Source: a candidate division WOR-3 bacterium
Lineage (GTDB): Bacteria; Hydrothermota; Tepidihabitantia; B3-TA06
Assembly (NCBI GenBank): GCA_965649265.1
Contig: CBFGKC010000010.1
Location: 50,545-114,544 of the forward strand
DNA: 64,000 bases
Direction: 5' to 3'
The notes under the pieces were generated by a model. The model saw only the letters and a list, made by a program, of their open reading frames with translations. It did not search any database and had not been told where the DNA came from. This document shows positions 38,048 to 49,014 of the stretch, one piece after another; the first letter of the stretch is position 1, and each line of letters starts with the position of its first letter. The translations under genes were made by a program, and so were the position numbers.

Positions 38048-40054
38048 ATGAGCGAGATGGAAAAAAATGGTATTGTCGAGGCGGGCGATTCGGATTATCG
38101 CGAATATGTAAAAAGACTGCTGATGTCCATAGCCCCGGTGATAGAAAAGGTCTCTCTCGGCGAGTTCGACCGCACGATAAACATCCCGGAAGGCACGCAT
38201 GACGAGTTCACGGAATTGCTCGTCGCCCTTAACATGATGATCGAAGACCTCAAATTCATGTTCCAGGAGAACAAGGATAAAACCGAGGAGCTCGAGCGGC
38301 GCCTGACGGAGCTCTCGGCATTTAATGAGGTGGGCCGTGCACTAAGCTCTACCTTGAAACTCGAGGAGCAGCTGAGAATAATCTACGAACAGACACGGCG
38401 CGTCATGCCTGCAGATCATTTTTACGTGGCGCTTTACAGGCCCGCCGACGAGGAGGGGGAGGCCGAGCTCGACTTCGTTTTCTATATCCAGGACGGCATC
38501 AAGTCGCCTTCAAGAACACGTCCTTTTGGCAAAGGGATGACGGAGTACGTGATAAATACAAAAGGACCCCTGCTTATAAAGAAGAACCTGACGGAATTCA
38601 TCAGGGAAAAAGATATAGCGACGATCATCCGGGGGACCCCTGCCAAATCCTGGCTGGGCATCCCGTTGATTGTGAGGAACGAGCCCATAGGCGTTATGGC
38701 TGCGCAAAGTGTTGATAAGGAAGAGGCGTACGACGAGGGACACATGAATTTCATGATCTCGCTGGCCAGCCAGGCATCAGGTGCGATCGACAATGCACGA
38801 ACCTACCGCGAACTGGAGAACCGTCTTACCGAGCTTTCCGTTTTGAACGAAATAAGCCGCGCGATAGCCTCTACGCTGGACATAGAGGAGCTTTACGCCG
38901 TCATAAACGAACAAATCTCCAGGCTCATAACAGCGAAAAATTTTTACATCGCTCTGTACGATCATCAGCGCGACGAGGTAAACTTCCCATACGTAATAGA
39001 CGCAGGCAACCGAATCCCACCCGATTCCATAGAGTGGCAGACGCGCCGGGCAGGACATGGAATGACGGAGTACGTTATAAAGACTTCCAAACCTCAAATA
39101 GTGCAGGGCGACAGCCAGGTGCAATTGGCCAAGAAGGGCGTAAATCACATAGGCAGAACATCGCACTCCTGGATAGGCGCCCCCATGATTGCCCGCAACG
39201 AGGTTATCGGTGTCGTTGCGGTTCAGTCTTTTGATCCGGAGACAATATACAACTCAAACCACCTGCGGATACTGCAGCTAATTGCAAATCAGGCTGCCCC
39301 GGCCGTTGAGAACGCACGAGCCTACGGACTGCTCGAACGCAGGGTCCTGGAACGTACAGGGGAGCTAGCAAAATCCAACGAAGCGCTCGAGGATTTCGTA
39401 TATACCGTAAGTCACGATCTGAAAGCCCCCCTGAGGGCGATTCTGGGGTTCAGCCAGTTTCTGGAAGAGGATTACGGCCCGCAGCTTCCCGATGAGGGAA
39501 AGATGTATGTCACAAGAATGTCTCAGAGCGCAAAAAGGATGGAGAAGCTGATAAACGATTTACTCGAGTTGTCGCGTGTCGGAAGAATCAAGAATCCTTA
39601 CGAGGAAACGAACATAGACGAGTTGATAACCGAGATAGTCACCACGCTCGCGCCGGGGTCGAAGGTCGAAATGCGCATTGAAGGTCCAATGCCGCTGATA
39701 GTTTGCGACAGGGTAAGGATAGGCCAGGTGTTTGCTAATCTCATTACCAATGCGATCAAGTATAACGACAAAGAGAAAACGGAAATTGCCATAGGCTACG
39801 TGGATAACCCCGAAGAAGTGGAATTCTTTGTTGCGGACAACGGTCCGGGAATAGAGGAACGCCATTTTGAACGGATATTCAAGATATTCCAGCGCCTCTC
39901 GAACGACGATACCGGAACAGGAATAGGACTTGCCCTTGTCAAGAAAATCGTTGAGGATCACAAAGGCAAGGTATGGGTCGAATCCAAGGTTGGCCAGGGT
40001 ACGACTTTCCGTTTCACTCTTTCAAAAAGCCTTGTGGCGAACAAGGAGGCCTGA
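38048..40054 (+). CDS. Cytoplasmic sensor histidine kinase (HAMP-like, 2 GAF, HisKA, HATPase)
   Basis: VSHDLKAPLR, NLITNAIKY, DNGPGI, GTGIGL; two GAF repeats. Confidence 0.92.
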   Translation: MSEMEKNGIVEAGDSDYREYVKRLLMSIAPVIEKVSLGEFDRTINIPEGTHDEFTELLVALNMMIEDLKFMFQENKDKTEELERRLTELSAFNEVGRALSSTLKLEEQLRIIYEQTRRVMPADHFYVALYRPADEEGEAELDFVFYIQDGIKSPSRTRPFGKGMTEYVINTKGPLLIKKNLTEFIREKDIATIIRGTPAKSWLGIPLIVRNEPIGVMAAQSVDKEEAYDEGHMNFMISLASQASGAIDNARTYRELENRLTELSVLNEISRAIASTLDIEELYAVINEQISRLITAKNFYIALYDHQRDEVNFPYVIDAGNRIPPDSIEWQTRRAGHGMTEYVIKTSKPQIVQGDSQVQLAKKGVNHIGRTSHSWIGAPMIARNEVIGVVAVQSFDPETIYNSNHLRILQLIANQAAPAVENARAYGLLERRVLERTGELAKSNEALEDFVYTVSHDLKAPLRAILGFSQFLEEDYGPQLPDEGKMYVTRMSQSAKRMEKLINDLLELSRVGRIKNPYEETNIDELITEIVTTLAPGSKVEMRIEGPMPLIVCDRVRIGQVFANLITNAIKYNDKEKTEIAIGYVDNPEEVEFFVADNGPGIEERHFERIFKIFQRLSNDDTGTGIGLALVKKIVEDHKGKVWVESKVGQGTTFRFTLSKSLVANKEA

Positions 40055-40491
40055 TGCAATCCGGTGAAGGAATCCCAATCCTCCTGGTTGAAGACGACGA
40101 GAACGACATCCTCATAACCAAGAGGGCGTTCGAAAGATACAACTTCAAGAACGAGCTTTACGTCGTCCGCGACGGCGAGGAGGCCCTGGACTACATATAC
40201 CGCCGCGGCGACTACCAGGACGAACCGGTGCCTACCCCCGGTCTCATACTTCTGGATATCAACATGCCGAGGATGAACGGAATAGAGGTTCTCAGGCATC
40301 TCAAGAATGATCCCGAGAAAAAAAGGATCCCGGTAGTCATGCTCACCACGTCGCGCCGCGAACAGGACAAGATTGAAAGCTACAATCTTGGTGTCAACTC
40401 CTACATAGTAAAACCCGTCGATTTCAATAAATTCATTGACGCCGTGACGACAATAAACCTCTACTGGAGTCTAAACCAGCTTCCTGGTTAA
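40054..40491 (+). CDS. Single-domain response regulator (Rcp1-like)
   Basis: TGATG overlap; ILLVEDD, LLDINMP, MLTTS, NSYIVKP. Confidence 0.92.
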   Translation: MQSGEGIPILLVEDDENDILITKRAFERYNFKNELYVVRDGEEALDYIYRRGDYQDEPVPTPGLILLDINMPRMNGIEVLRHLKNDPEKKRIPVVMLTTSRREQDKIESYNLGVNSYIVKPVDFNKFIDAVTTINLYWSLNQLPG

Positions 40492-40501
40492 AGAAGTTCA
40501 A

Positions 40502-43500
40502 GTGGCTGCCCCATGGACGCAAAGAAAAGAGTCAAAACCTAAAGGGACGAATAAAAGGGTACTCGAGCACAAGGCAGCCCAAAAGCCGCACACGCCAAAG
40601 AACTCCACGAAAAGCAAATCCACAAAAACAGGGGGAAACCCGAGCAAGGCCGGATTAAAATTCGAGAGCCTGCTTGAAATCATAGCTTCGGGAGGCGATT
40701 ATCAGCGATTCGAATTGACCGCTCTTGCCGAAAACGAAAACTCGATAAAAAGAATATTGGAGGCCTTCCGCAGGCGCGAAACGAGGATCAAGGAAGAAGA
40801 AGAATCCAGAACAAGCAGGCTTGAAGACCTTAAAAGAAATTCCGAGCTTCTTTGCGAGCTTTGCGGGCACATCAACAACACTGTCTCATTAAAGATTCTC
40901 ATTGAGCGCTTTGCGAGAACTATATCCAGGAATCCTTATATTAACGCCGGGGTTTTATACCTTTTAAATTCTGACGGTGATTCCTTCAGCCCGGAGCAAA
41001 CGTTCGGCAAACAAAAAAAGGCCCTCAAGAACCAGATTCCGCTTTCTGCCACTGACAAAACCGCAAGGAAGATTTTATCTCAGGACGATTTTGTGAAAAC
41101 CAACCTCCTGGCCGGACCGGAAACCTGGGCGAAGAATTCATATAAGGAAATTGCCCTGCCCTTGAAAACGACGGAAGCAAAACTCGGGATTCTAGTGGCA
41201 ATAATCAATGAAGGTGACGAAAATACAATTGCCTTCCTCAAATCGGCCTCGAGCGAATTGGCTGTAGGGATAAAAAGAAAAAAGATCGACGAGGGGTTAA
41301 AGCTGAACCACGAGGAGCTTATAAAAAGGGAAGCCCTTTACAGCACGCTTGTGAACACGACAGAGGAAGCGATTATACTTTCTGACGCAAAGGAAAAAAT
41401 CCTGTACGCGAACCCTGCGGCATCAAGACTTTTAGGCTATTCCAAGGAAGAGTTGGAATCGCTTTATTCCTACGACCTCATTACCAAAGGCGAAAGGGAA
41501 GTGCTGAAAACAGAAAACACCCTGCGTGTTAAAGGTAAGGCGTCCCGTTACGAGTTGATATTAAGAAATAAGAATGGAAACCCGCGCAATATGCTCATCA
41601 CGGCGTCGCCGGTGTTCGATTCCAAAGGGGAATTCTACGCCTCGCTTGCGGCAATAACCGACATCACCGACATCAAACAAGCCCAGGCAAAACTCAAGGA
41701 GAGCGAAGAGAAACGGCGCATTCTCATGGACAGCATCCGTTCGCCGGTGCTGGCGCTTAAAGAAGACATGACAATCCTTTACTGTAACGAGTCTTTCCTG
41801 GAATTTTCAGCTAAAAGCCTCGAGGATCTTGAAGGAAAGAGTCTATTGAAAGTCTTCCCCCAGTTCAAGCGAACCGGATTTTACCCGGTCATCAAGGATG
41901 TTTTAAAAACAGGCAAAACACGTGAATCAGACGGTCAGTTAAACGATCGTTACCTTCATGCTCGCGTGTACAGAACTCCATGGGGAATCGTATCCATCGT
42001 AGAAGATATAACGGAAAAGAAATTGAAGGACGAAGCCTTGAGGGAAAGAGAAGAGCTTTACAGAACGCTGGTTGATACGGCTCGCGAAGGAATCATCCTC
42101 ACCGATCTCGAAGAAAAGATGCTCTATGTGAATCCGATGGCCGCCGAGATGATCGGGCACGCACCTTCGGATCTCATCGGCCGTTCAGTACTCGATTTTA
42201 TTACGCAGGATCAAAGGAAAACCATTGTCGAACAGACTAACAGGAGAACAAAGGGCGAGACCTCCCGCTACGAGACGACATTGATAAACAAGGGGGGCCC
42301 TCCCCGCAAGGTTCTCATCACCGGCGCCCCGATCATGGACTCTGATAAGAAAGTCTCTTCGACCATGGCCATAATCACCGATATCACTGAGATTTCGGCC
42401 ATTAATGAAATCACCCAGGCGATAATTTCAACCTTCGACGTAAAGCAAATCTACGGAGTAATTCACGATCAAATGAGGCGCCTCATTAACGCCAACAATT
42501 TCTACATCGCCCTTTACGACGAGGAAACCGACGAGATCAGCTTTCCTTATGCGTTTCAGGACGGGGCACTGCAGAACTGGGCACCTCGGCGGGGCGGCAA
42601 GGGAATGACCGAATACGTAATCCATACTGCCCAGCCTCAACTCTTTAAAGGCACGACCGAAAATGAAGCATCCAAGAGAGGGATCGAACATATAGGCAAA
42701 TCGTCACTCTCCTGGCTTGGAGTCCCGATGGTCGTTCACGGCCATGTTGTAGGAGTGATGACTGTTCAGTCGTTTGATCCGAAAGTAGTATACACGGAAA
42801 AACACACAAGCCTCATGCAGACCGTCGCCGCGCATGCCGCCCAGGCCGTGGAAAATGCACGCGCATACTCCGAACTCGAACGCAAACTGACGGAACTCTC
42901 CGTTTTCAACGAAATAGGCCGCGCACTCGCATCCACGCTTCAGTTAGACGAACTGATGGATGTACTTTTCAAGCAAGCATCAAGGATCATGGACACCGAA
43001 AGCTTCTATATGGCTCTTTACGACGAAAAGACGAATATAGTGGAATTCCCGATCTTTATCGTCGACAGGGGAAAGCACATAAAAGTGCAGCCAAAGAAGT
43101 TCGGCAACGGTTTGACGGAATACGTGATAACCACGAGACAACCCTTGTTCATAAAAGAAGACGTCGTCGAGAACTCGAAAAAGCTGGGAATTGACATGTA
43201 TGTCATTGAAAAGGACATGCCCCAGTGCTGGCTGGGTGTGCCCATGATCTCCCACAACAAGATCCTCGGCGTCATGGCCGTTCAAAGCACAAAAAGGGCA
43301 AACGCTTATGACGAAAACAACAAGCGCTTGCTTGAAGCAATAGCGAATCAGGCGGCAGGGGCCGTTGCCAACGCCCAGGCCTATTCGGAACTCGAGAACA
43401 AACTGACGGAGCTTTCCGTTTTCAAGGAAATCGGTCAGGCTCTCGGATCAACGCTGCGCCTTAACGAATTGCTTGAAGTCATCTATGCGCAGGTAACGCG

Positions 43501-46500
43501 CATCATGGAGAGCGACAGTTTTTATATATCCCTCTACGACGAGGGAGAAAACACCCTGAGGTTCCCCTTTTACATGGTTGAAGGAAAAAGAAAGGAAATA
43601 GCACCTCGTCCTTTCGGTAAAGGGCTGACCGAATACGTGATGGAGCTGCGTAAACCCGTCATATTCGGCGAAAACATGACCTCGAAAGAAGCCGAATTGG
43701 GAATCGCCGCAGTCAAGCACGGCAGGGACGACAACCCGCTATCCTGGTTCGGAGTGCCGATGATTTCTCACGATAAAGTCATCGGAGTTATCGGCATGCA
43801 GAGCAAAAAGCCGAACATCTACACCGAAGATCACAAGCGGATTTTGACGTCTATCGCAAACCAGGCCGCTCAAGCCGTCGAGAATGCCAGGGCTTATCTG
43901 GAGCTTGAAAATCGCCTCACGGAGCGTTCGGTGATGAATGAAATTTCAAGGGCCGTCGGCTCCACTCTCAAGTTCGATGAGCTTATAGAAGTTCTCTACA
44001 AACAGATTCGCCGGATTATGCAAACAGACAGCTTCTTCCTCGCTCTCCACAATTCCGGGAACCAGACTATAGAATTTCCATTCTTCATCGAAAAGGGGAT
44101 GCCCCTTGATGTTCCCTCAAGACCTTTTGGAAGTGGTTTGACCGAGTACGTTATAAAAACGGGGACCCCCCTTCTTCTCAGAAAGGAAAATTTCGACGCC
44201 GAATGCAAACGCCTTGGAATCAAGATGGTTCTTCACGGAAACCCGCCGCTTTCCTGGCTGGGTGTTCCCATGATCTCGCAAAACAAGGTCCTGGGGGTAT
44301 TGGCCGTCCAGAGCGTCGATAACGAATACTCGTATGACGAAAATCATAAACATTTGCTCTCTTCGATAGCCAATCAGGCCGCGGGTGCCGTGGACAACGC
44401 CAAAACTTATGAGGCTCTTGAGCACAGATTGACCGAGTTATCGGCTCTCAACGAAATCGGAAGGGCGCTGGGGTCCACCCTTAATATAGATAAGCTTATG
44501 AACGTGATCCACACTCAAACGAGCCGCATCATGGACAGTCAAAATCTATTCATCGCGCTTTATGATGAAACCTCGAAAGTTATCGAATTCCCGTTCTTCA
44601 TGGAAAACGGGCAAAAAATCAGAATGCCCTCAAGAAAACTCGGCGACGGGCTTACCGATTACGTGATCAAGACAAGCAATTCCCTGCTCATTAATGAAGA
44701 CGTGGTCGAAGAAACGAAGAATATGGGAATTGATATGATTGTTAAGGGAAAGTCACCAAAGTGCTGGCTGGGTGTTCCCATGATATCGCAAGACAGAGTA
44801 ACAGGCGTCATGTCGGTTCAGAATACGGACAAAGCGAGGATGTACGATGAAAACCACAAGCGCTTACTCGAATCCATAGCCAATCTGGCGGCAGGCGCGG
44901 TGGCAAATGCAAAGGCTTACGCGACTCTCGAAAGAAACCTGACGGAACTTTCCGTGTTCAACGAAATCGGGAGAACCCTGGCTTCGACCATACAACTCGA
45001 CGAGCTTCTTAAAGTCACTTATACACAGATAACGAGAATCATGGAAGGTGAAGCGTTTTACATTGCTCTCTACGACGAGAACACCGGCATGATTGAGTTT
45101 CCTATATGGATCGAGAACGGGGAATTCAGAAAAGTCCCCCCGCGTAAATTCGGCAAAGGGATGACCGAGTACGTCATAAGCAATCGCAGGTCTTTACTGT
45201 TCGGCGAAAACATGGAAGAGGAGGAGAAGAATCTGGGAATCGAAAGCTACAAATTCGGAGATCAATCTTACTCCTGGCTCGGCGCACCCATGATCTCGCA
45301 GGACAAGGTCCTCGGGATAATTGCAATTCAAAGCACCAAGAAATCTATTTACGACGAGGGGCATAAAAGACTGCTCGAGTCTATCGCCAACCAGGCAGCG
45401 GGCGCAGTTGCCAACGCAAGGGCATATGCCATGGTAGAACGCAGGGGTGATGAGCTCAGGGCACTTCTTAAGACGAGCACTGATCTCTCCTCAACACTCG
45501 ACGAAGTGGAGGTTGGACATATCATCGCCGAACGAGCGACCGATTTGATACCTTCCGACGGCTGTACTTTCTATCGCTTTGACAAGAACGCGAACAAGCT
45601 TATTCCGCTGGCTTCAAACGTAATCGAAGAATACGAACAAAGAATGTCTTTTTCAATACCGCTCGGCGAGGGTGTGACAGGAAGATCGGCTCAAGAACGC
45701 CAATCCATACTGGCCAACAACGTTCACAAGGACCCGAACGCCCCGCGCTTGCCCGGCACAAAGGAACTCCCTACATGCATACTCGCGGCGCCGCTCGTAG
45801 CCAGGGGAGAACTCTTAGGCGCAATGACCCTTTTGAGACTTTCCGAGAACGAATTCAGCGAACACGATCTGCAGCTATTTACCCTTTTTGCAAGACAAGC
45901 GGCTGATGCCTTCGCCAACAGCTTATTCATCGGCGAACTGAAGCTTCTCAATGACGATATGGAGCGCCGCAACGCCGAAAGACAGGTGCTTCTTGAAATA
46001 AGCGCCGCAGTCTCGGCCTCGCTGGATGAAAAGGAAGTCGCTCTCCTGATCTCGGAGAAGGCGTCGGACTTTCTGAAAGCCGACGGCTGCACTTATTACC
46101 AGTATGACGAGGAGGCTGGGGAGCTTGTTCCTCAAACGACGACCATGAATGAAGGCCAGCGACAAATACTCTCTCAACGGTTGAAACTCAACGAAGGAAT
46201 CACCGGGCGGGCAGCCGCGGAGAGAAAAGCACTTATGGCGAACAATGTGCATCTGGACCCTGAAGCGTGGAGAATTCCAAACACGAAAGAACTTCCCACA
46301 AACCTTCTTTCGATTCCCCTGACGACGCGTGGAGAACTTCTCGGTGTAATGACTCTCACTCGCTTCGGGAAGGAAACCTTCACGCAGCACGACCTGGAAC
46401 TTTTCAATCTCTTCGCAAGACAGGTCACCGATGCAATAGCCAACAGCCGCCTGTTCGGAAAACTCCGGCAGCTCAACAAAGATCTGCAGAACCGCTCGGA

Positions 46501-48577
46501 CGAACTGTCTGCACTCTTTAACACGAGCACCGAACTCTCCTCCGTTCTTGACGACGAGGAGGCGGGGAATCTAATTGCAGCAAGAGCGATGGACCTGGTT
46601 CCTGCCGATGGATGTACCTTTTATACATACGACCCGAAGGTTGAGCTTTTGGTGCCGGTTACAACTACGCTCGTCGAGGAATACGAGCAGAGGATGTCAT
46701 ACAAAGTACCGCTGGGCGAGGGAACAACCGGTAAAGCTGCCCTTGAACGCAGACCGATTATGGCGAACAATATACACCTGGACCCTGAAGCCTCGAGGGT
46801 TCCGGGTACCGAGGAGCTCCCGACTTGTCTCCTTGCAACACCGCTCGTAGCGAGAGGCGAGCTTGTCGGTGCAATGACCTTGATTCGCCTTTCGGATAAA
46901 GGTTTCGAGGAACACGATCTTCAGCTTTTCACGCTGTTCGGAAGGCAGGCCGCAGAAGTTTTCACAAACAGCAGGCTTTTCGGCCAGTTGAGGGAACTCA
47001 ACGAAAATCTCGAAAAAATCGTTACCGAACGCACCGGCGAACTGGAAAATGCCAGGCGTGACCTTGAAGCCGTTCACGAGGAGTACACAAAGAGGGTACG
47101 CACAAGACTCGCGACTATAGCACCTATAATGGAAAAGATTTCCATAGGTGATTTCAGCGAAAATATCCCCCTCCCGGAGATGGAAGACGAGTTTACGGAG
47201 CTTTTCGTCGGTCTCAATTTGATGATAGACGATTTAAGATTCATGTTTGAAGAAAACCGCAGGCGCAGCGAGGAGACTCGCAGGCGCAGCGAAGAGCTTT
47301 CTACTCTTCTGGATACCAGTACCGCCATCTCATCTTCTCTCTACGAAGACGAGGTTTCACAGCTTGTCGCCGAGAGGGCAATCTCGCTCATCAAGGCTGA
47401 CAGATGCAACGTTTACCGATTTGACCCTGAAACAAACGAACTGGTACCTCAAACCACAACCGAGATTGAGCAGCGCACGCAGATAATGGATTTCAGGGTT
47501 CCGCTCGGCTTCGGAGTGGTCGGTAAAGCCGCTTCCGAAAGAACACCCCAACTCGCCAACAACGTTCACAAGGACCCGGCGGCTCCGCGCATACCGGGTA
47601 CTAAAGAGAGACCTACGTGCATCATGGCTGCCCCCCTCATCGTACAAAGGGAACTTCTGGGTGTCATGGCTCTGTCGAGACTCAGCGAGGAATCGTTTTC
47701 CGAGCACGACATGGAACTATTCCTTTTGTTCTCCCGCCAAGTCGCAGAAACCACGGCAAACGCGAGATTGTTCGGCAAGCTCAAGGACCTTAACGAAAAT
47801 CTTGAAATAAAAGTGAATCTGCGCACGAAAGAGCTTGAGGAATCTAACAGAAAAACCGCAGCGTTCGCGAGGGAGCTTGAAGAAGTCATTTACGTGACGA
47901 GCCATGATCTCAAGACCCCTCTGCGTGCCATATCGGGATTCAGTCAATTCCTGTATGAAGACTATAAGGACAAGATAGGACCCGAAGGCAGGCTTTACCT
48001 CACAAGACTTATTGATGCCGCTAAAAGAATGGAAAGACTGCTGGATGATCTTTTGAACATATCCGCCATCACCCGTAAGGAGAGGGTGTTCGAGAACATT
48101 CCGGCAGGTGACCTAATTAAGGAAACGATAAAGATAATAAATCCGGATGAGGATTCTGAAATTATATACGATCCTGATTCGCTTCCTGAAGTATACTGCG
48201 ACAGAACCAAGCTAGTGGAGGTTTTTTACAATCTTATCTCCAACGGATTGAAATTCAACGACAAACCGCGAAAGAAAGTATCCATAAGTGCAAAGGACAC
48301 GGATGGTTTTTACGAATTTATAGTAGAAGATAACGGAATAGGTATCGAAAAGCGTCATTACGAGAGGATATTCAAAATATTTCAACGGTTGCACCTGCGC
48401 GAGGAGTACGAGGGAACAGGCGTTGGATTGTCAATGGTTAAAAGGGTATTGGAGGAACATAACGGCAGGATATGGGTTGAATCCCAGGTAGGAGTGGGTA
48501 CAATATTCCACTTCACTCTGCCTCATCACAAAGAAGATGATTTAGGCGAAACAGAAAATCTCGAAAGGAGCCCGTGA
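40502..48577 (+). CDS. Giant cytoplasmic sensor histidine kinase (3 PAS, ~11 GAF, HAMP-like, HisKA, HATPase)
   Basis: PAS motifs YANPAA/YCNESF/YVNPMA; six GxTEYV...WLGVPM GAFs; four DGCTFY/DRCNVY...GEL-type GAFs; SHDLKTPLR, DNGIGI, GTGVGL; exact start uncertain. Confidence 0.9.
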   Translation: MAAPWTQRKESKPKGTNKRVLEHKAAQKPHTPKNSTKSKSTKTGGNPSKAGLKFESLLEIIASGGDYQRFELTALAENENSIKRILEAFRRRETRIKEEEESRTSRLEDLKRNSELLCELCGHINNTVSLKILIERFARTISRNPYINAGVLYLLNSDGDSFSPEQTFGKQKKALKNQIPLSATDKTARKILSQDDFVKTNLLAGPETWAKNSYKEIALPLKTTEAKLGILVAIINEGDENTIAFLKSASSELAVGIKRKKIDEGLKLNHEELIKREALYSTLVNTTEEAIILSDAKEKILYANPAASRLLGYSKEELESLYSYDLITKGEREVLKTENTLRVKGKASRYELILRNKNGNPRNMLITASPVFDSKGEFYASLAAITDITDIKQAQAKLKESEEKRRILMDSIRSPVLALKEDMTILYCNESFLEFSAKSLEDLEGKSLLKVFPQFKRTGFYPVIKDVLKTGKTRESDGQLNDRYLHARVYRTPWGIVSIVEDITEKKLKDEALREREELYRTLVDTAREGIILTDLEEKMLYVNPMAAEMIGHAPSDLIGRSVLDFITQDQRKTIVEQTNRRTKGETSRYETTLINKGGPPRKVLITGAPIMDSDKKVSSTMAIITDITEISAINEITQAIISTFDVKQIYGVIHDQMRRLINANNFYIALYDEETDEISFPYAFQDGALQNWAPRRGGKGMTEYVIHTAQPQLFKGTTENEASKRGIEHIGKSSLSWLGVPMVVHGHVVGVMTVQSFDPKVVYTEKHTSLMQTVAAHAAQAVENARAYSELERKLTELSVFNEIGRALASTLQLDELMDVLFKQASRIMDTESFYMALYDEKTNIVEFPIFIVDRGKHIKVQPKKFGNGLTEYVITTRQPLFIKEDVVENSKKLGIDMYVIEKDMPQCWLGVPMISHNKILGVMAVQSTKRANAYDENNKRLLEAIANQAAGAVANAQAYSELENKLTELSVFKEIGQALGSTLRLNELLEVIYAQVTRIMESDSFYISLYDEGENTLRFPFYMVEGKRKEIAPRPFGKGLTEYVMELRKPVIFGENMTSKEAELGIAAVKHGRDDNPLSWFGVPMISHDKVIGVIGMQSKKPNIYTEDHKRILTSIANQAAQAVENARAYLELENRLTERSVMNEISRAVGSTLKFDELIEVLYKQIRRIMQTDSFFLALHNSGNQTIEFPFFIEKGMPLDVPSRPFGSGLTEYVIKTGTPLLLRKENFDAECKRLGIKMVLHGNPPLSWLGVPMISQNKVLGVLAVQSVDNEYSYDENHKHLLSSIANQAAGAVDNAKTYEALEHRLTELSALNEIGRALGSTLNIDKLMNVIHTQTSRIMDSQNLFIALYDETSKVIEFPFFMENGQKIRMPSRKLGDGLTDYVIKTSNSLLINEDVVEETKNMGIDMIVKGKSPKCWLGVPMISQDRVTGVMSVQNTDKARMYDENHKRLLESIANLAAGAVANAKAYATLERNLTELSVFNEIGRTLASTIQLDELLKVTYTQITRIMEGEAFYIALYDENTGMIEFPIWIENGEFRKVPPRKFGKGMTEYVISNRRSLLFGENMEEEEKNLGIESYKFGDQSYSWLGAPMISQDKVLGIIAIQSTKKSIYDEGHKRLLESIANQAAGAVANARAYAMVERRGDELRALLKTSTDLSSTLDEVEVGHIIAERATDLIPSDGCTFYRFDKNANKLIPLASNVIEEYEQRMSFSIPLGEGVTGRSAQERQSILANNVHKDPNAPRLPGTKELPTCILAAPLVARGELLGAMTLLRLSENEFSEHDLQLFTLFARQAADAFANSLFIGELKLLNDDMERRNAERQVLLEISAAVSASLDEKEVALLISEKASDFLKADGCTYYQYDEEAGELVPQTTTMNEGQRQILSQRLKLNEGITGRAAAERKALMANNVHLDPEAWRIPNTKELPTNLLSIPLTTRGELLGVMTLTRFGKETFTQHDLELFNLFARQVTDAIANSRLFGKLRQLNKDLQNRSDELSALFNTSTELSSVLDDEEAGNLIAARAMDLVPADGCTFYTYDPKVELLVPVTTTLVEEYEQRMSYKVPLGEGTTGKAALERRPIMANNIHLDPEASRVPGTEELPTCLLATPLVARGELVGAMTLIRLSDKGFEEHDLQLFTLFGRQAAEVFTNSRLFGQLRELNENLEKIVTERTGELENARRDLEAVHEEYTKRVRTRLATIAPIMEKISIGDFSENIPLPEMEDEFTELFVGLNLMIDDLRFMFEENRRRSEETRRRSEELSTLLDTSTAISSSLYEDEVSQLVAERAISLIKADRCNVYRFDPETNELVPQTTTEIEQRTQIMDFRVPLGFGVVGKAASERTPQLANNVHKDPAAPRIPGTKERPTCIMAAPLIVQRELLGVMALSRLSEESFSEHDMELFLLFSRQVAETTANARLFGKLKDLNENLEIKVNLRTKELEESNRKTAAFARELEEVIYVTSHDLKTPLRAISGFSQFLYEDYKDKIGPEGRLYLTRLIDAAKRMERLLDDLLNISAITRKERVFENIPAGDLIKETIKIINPDEDSEIIYDPDSLPEVYCDRTKLVEVFYNLISNGLKFNDKPRKKVSISAKDTDGFYEFIVEDNGIGIEKRHYERIFKIFQRLHLREEYEGTGVGLSMVKRVLEEHNGRIWVESQVGVGTIFHFTLPHHKEDDLGETENLERSP

Positions 48578-49014
48578 TGCCTGAAAGAAGACCAATAGAT
48601 ATACTGCTGGTGGAGGATGACGAAAATGACATCTTGATAACCAAACGAGCCTTCACCAAGCACAATCTCTCAAACCGTCTATTCGTGGTCAGAGACGGTG
48701 AAGAGGCTGTAGACTTCATATATCACAAGGGGCAGTTCTCGGACCAGGAAGCTGCACCCAGGCCCGGAGTAATACTCCTGGATATAAACATGCCGAAGAT
48801 GAACGGCATCGAAGTACTTCGCAAGCTTAAAAGCGATCCCGAATACAAAACCATTCCCATCGTTATGCTTACAACATCCAAGCGCGATCAGGACAAGATA
48901 GAAAGCTACAACCTCGGCGTGAATTCCTACATAATAAAGCCGGTGGACTTCAACAAGTTCGTAGATGCCATTGCCACTATAAATCTATACTGGGAACTTA
49001 ATGAACTCCCCTAA
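48574..49014 (+). CDS. Single-domain response regulator, paralog of 40054..40491
   Basis: Near-identical ILLVEDDENDILITKRAF...DKIESYNLGVNSYI. Confidence 0.92.
   Translation: MMPERRPIDILLVEDDENDILITKRAFTKHNLSNRLFVVRDGEEAVDFIYHKGQFSDQEAAPRPGVILLDINMPKMNGIEVLRKLKSDPEYKTIPIVMLTTSKRDQDKIESYNLGVNSYIIKPVDFNKFVDAIATINLYWELNELP

Noticed and set aside
38048-48577. Phytochrome or cyanobacteriochrome photoreceptor
   Set aside because: No PAS-GAF-PHY unit and no DIP, PRxSF or CH bilin-binding motifs seen
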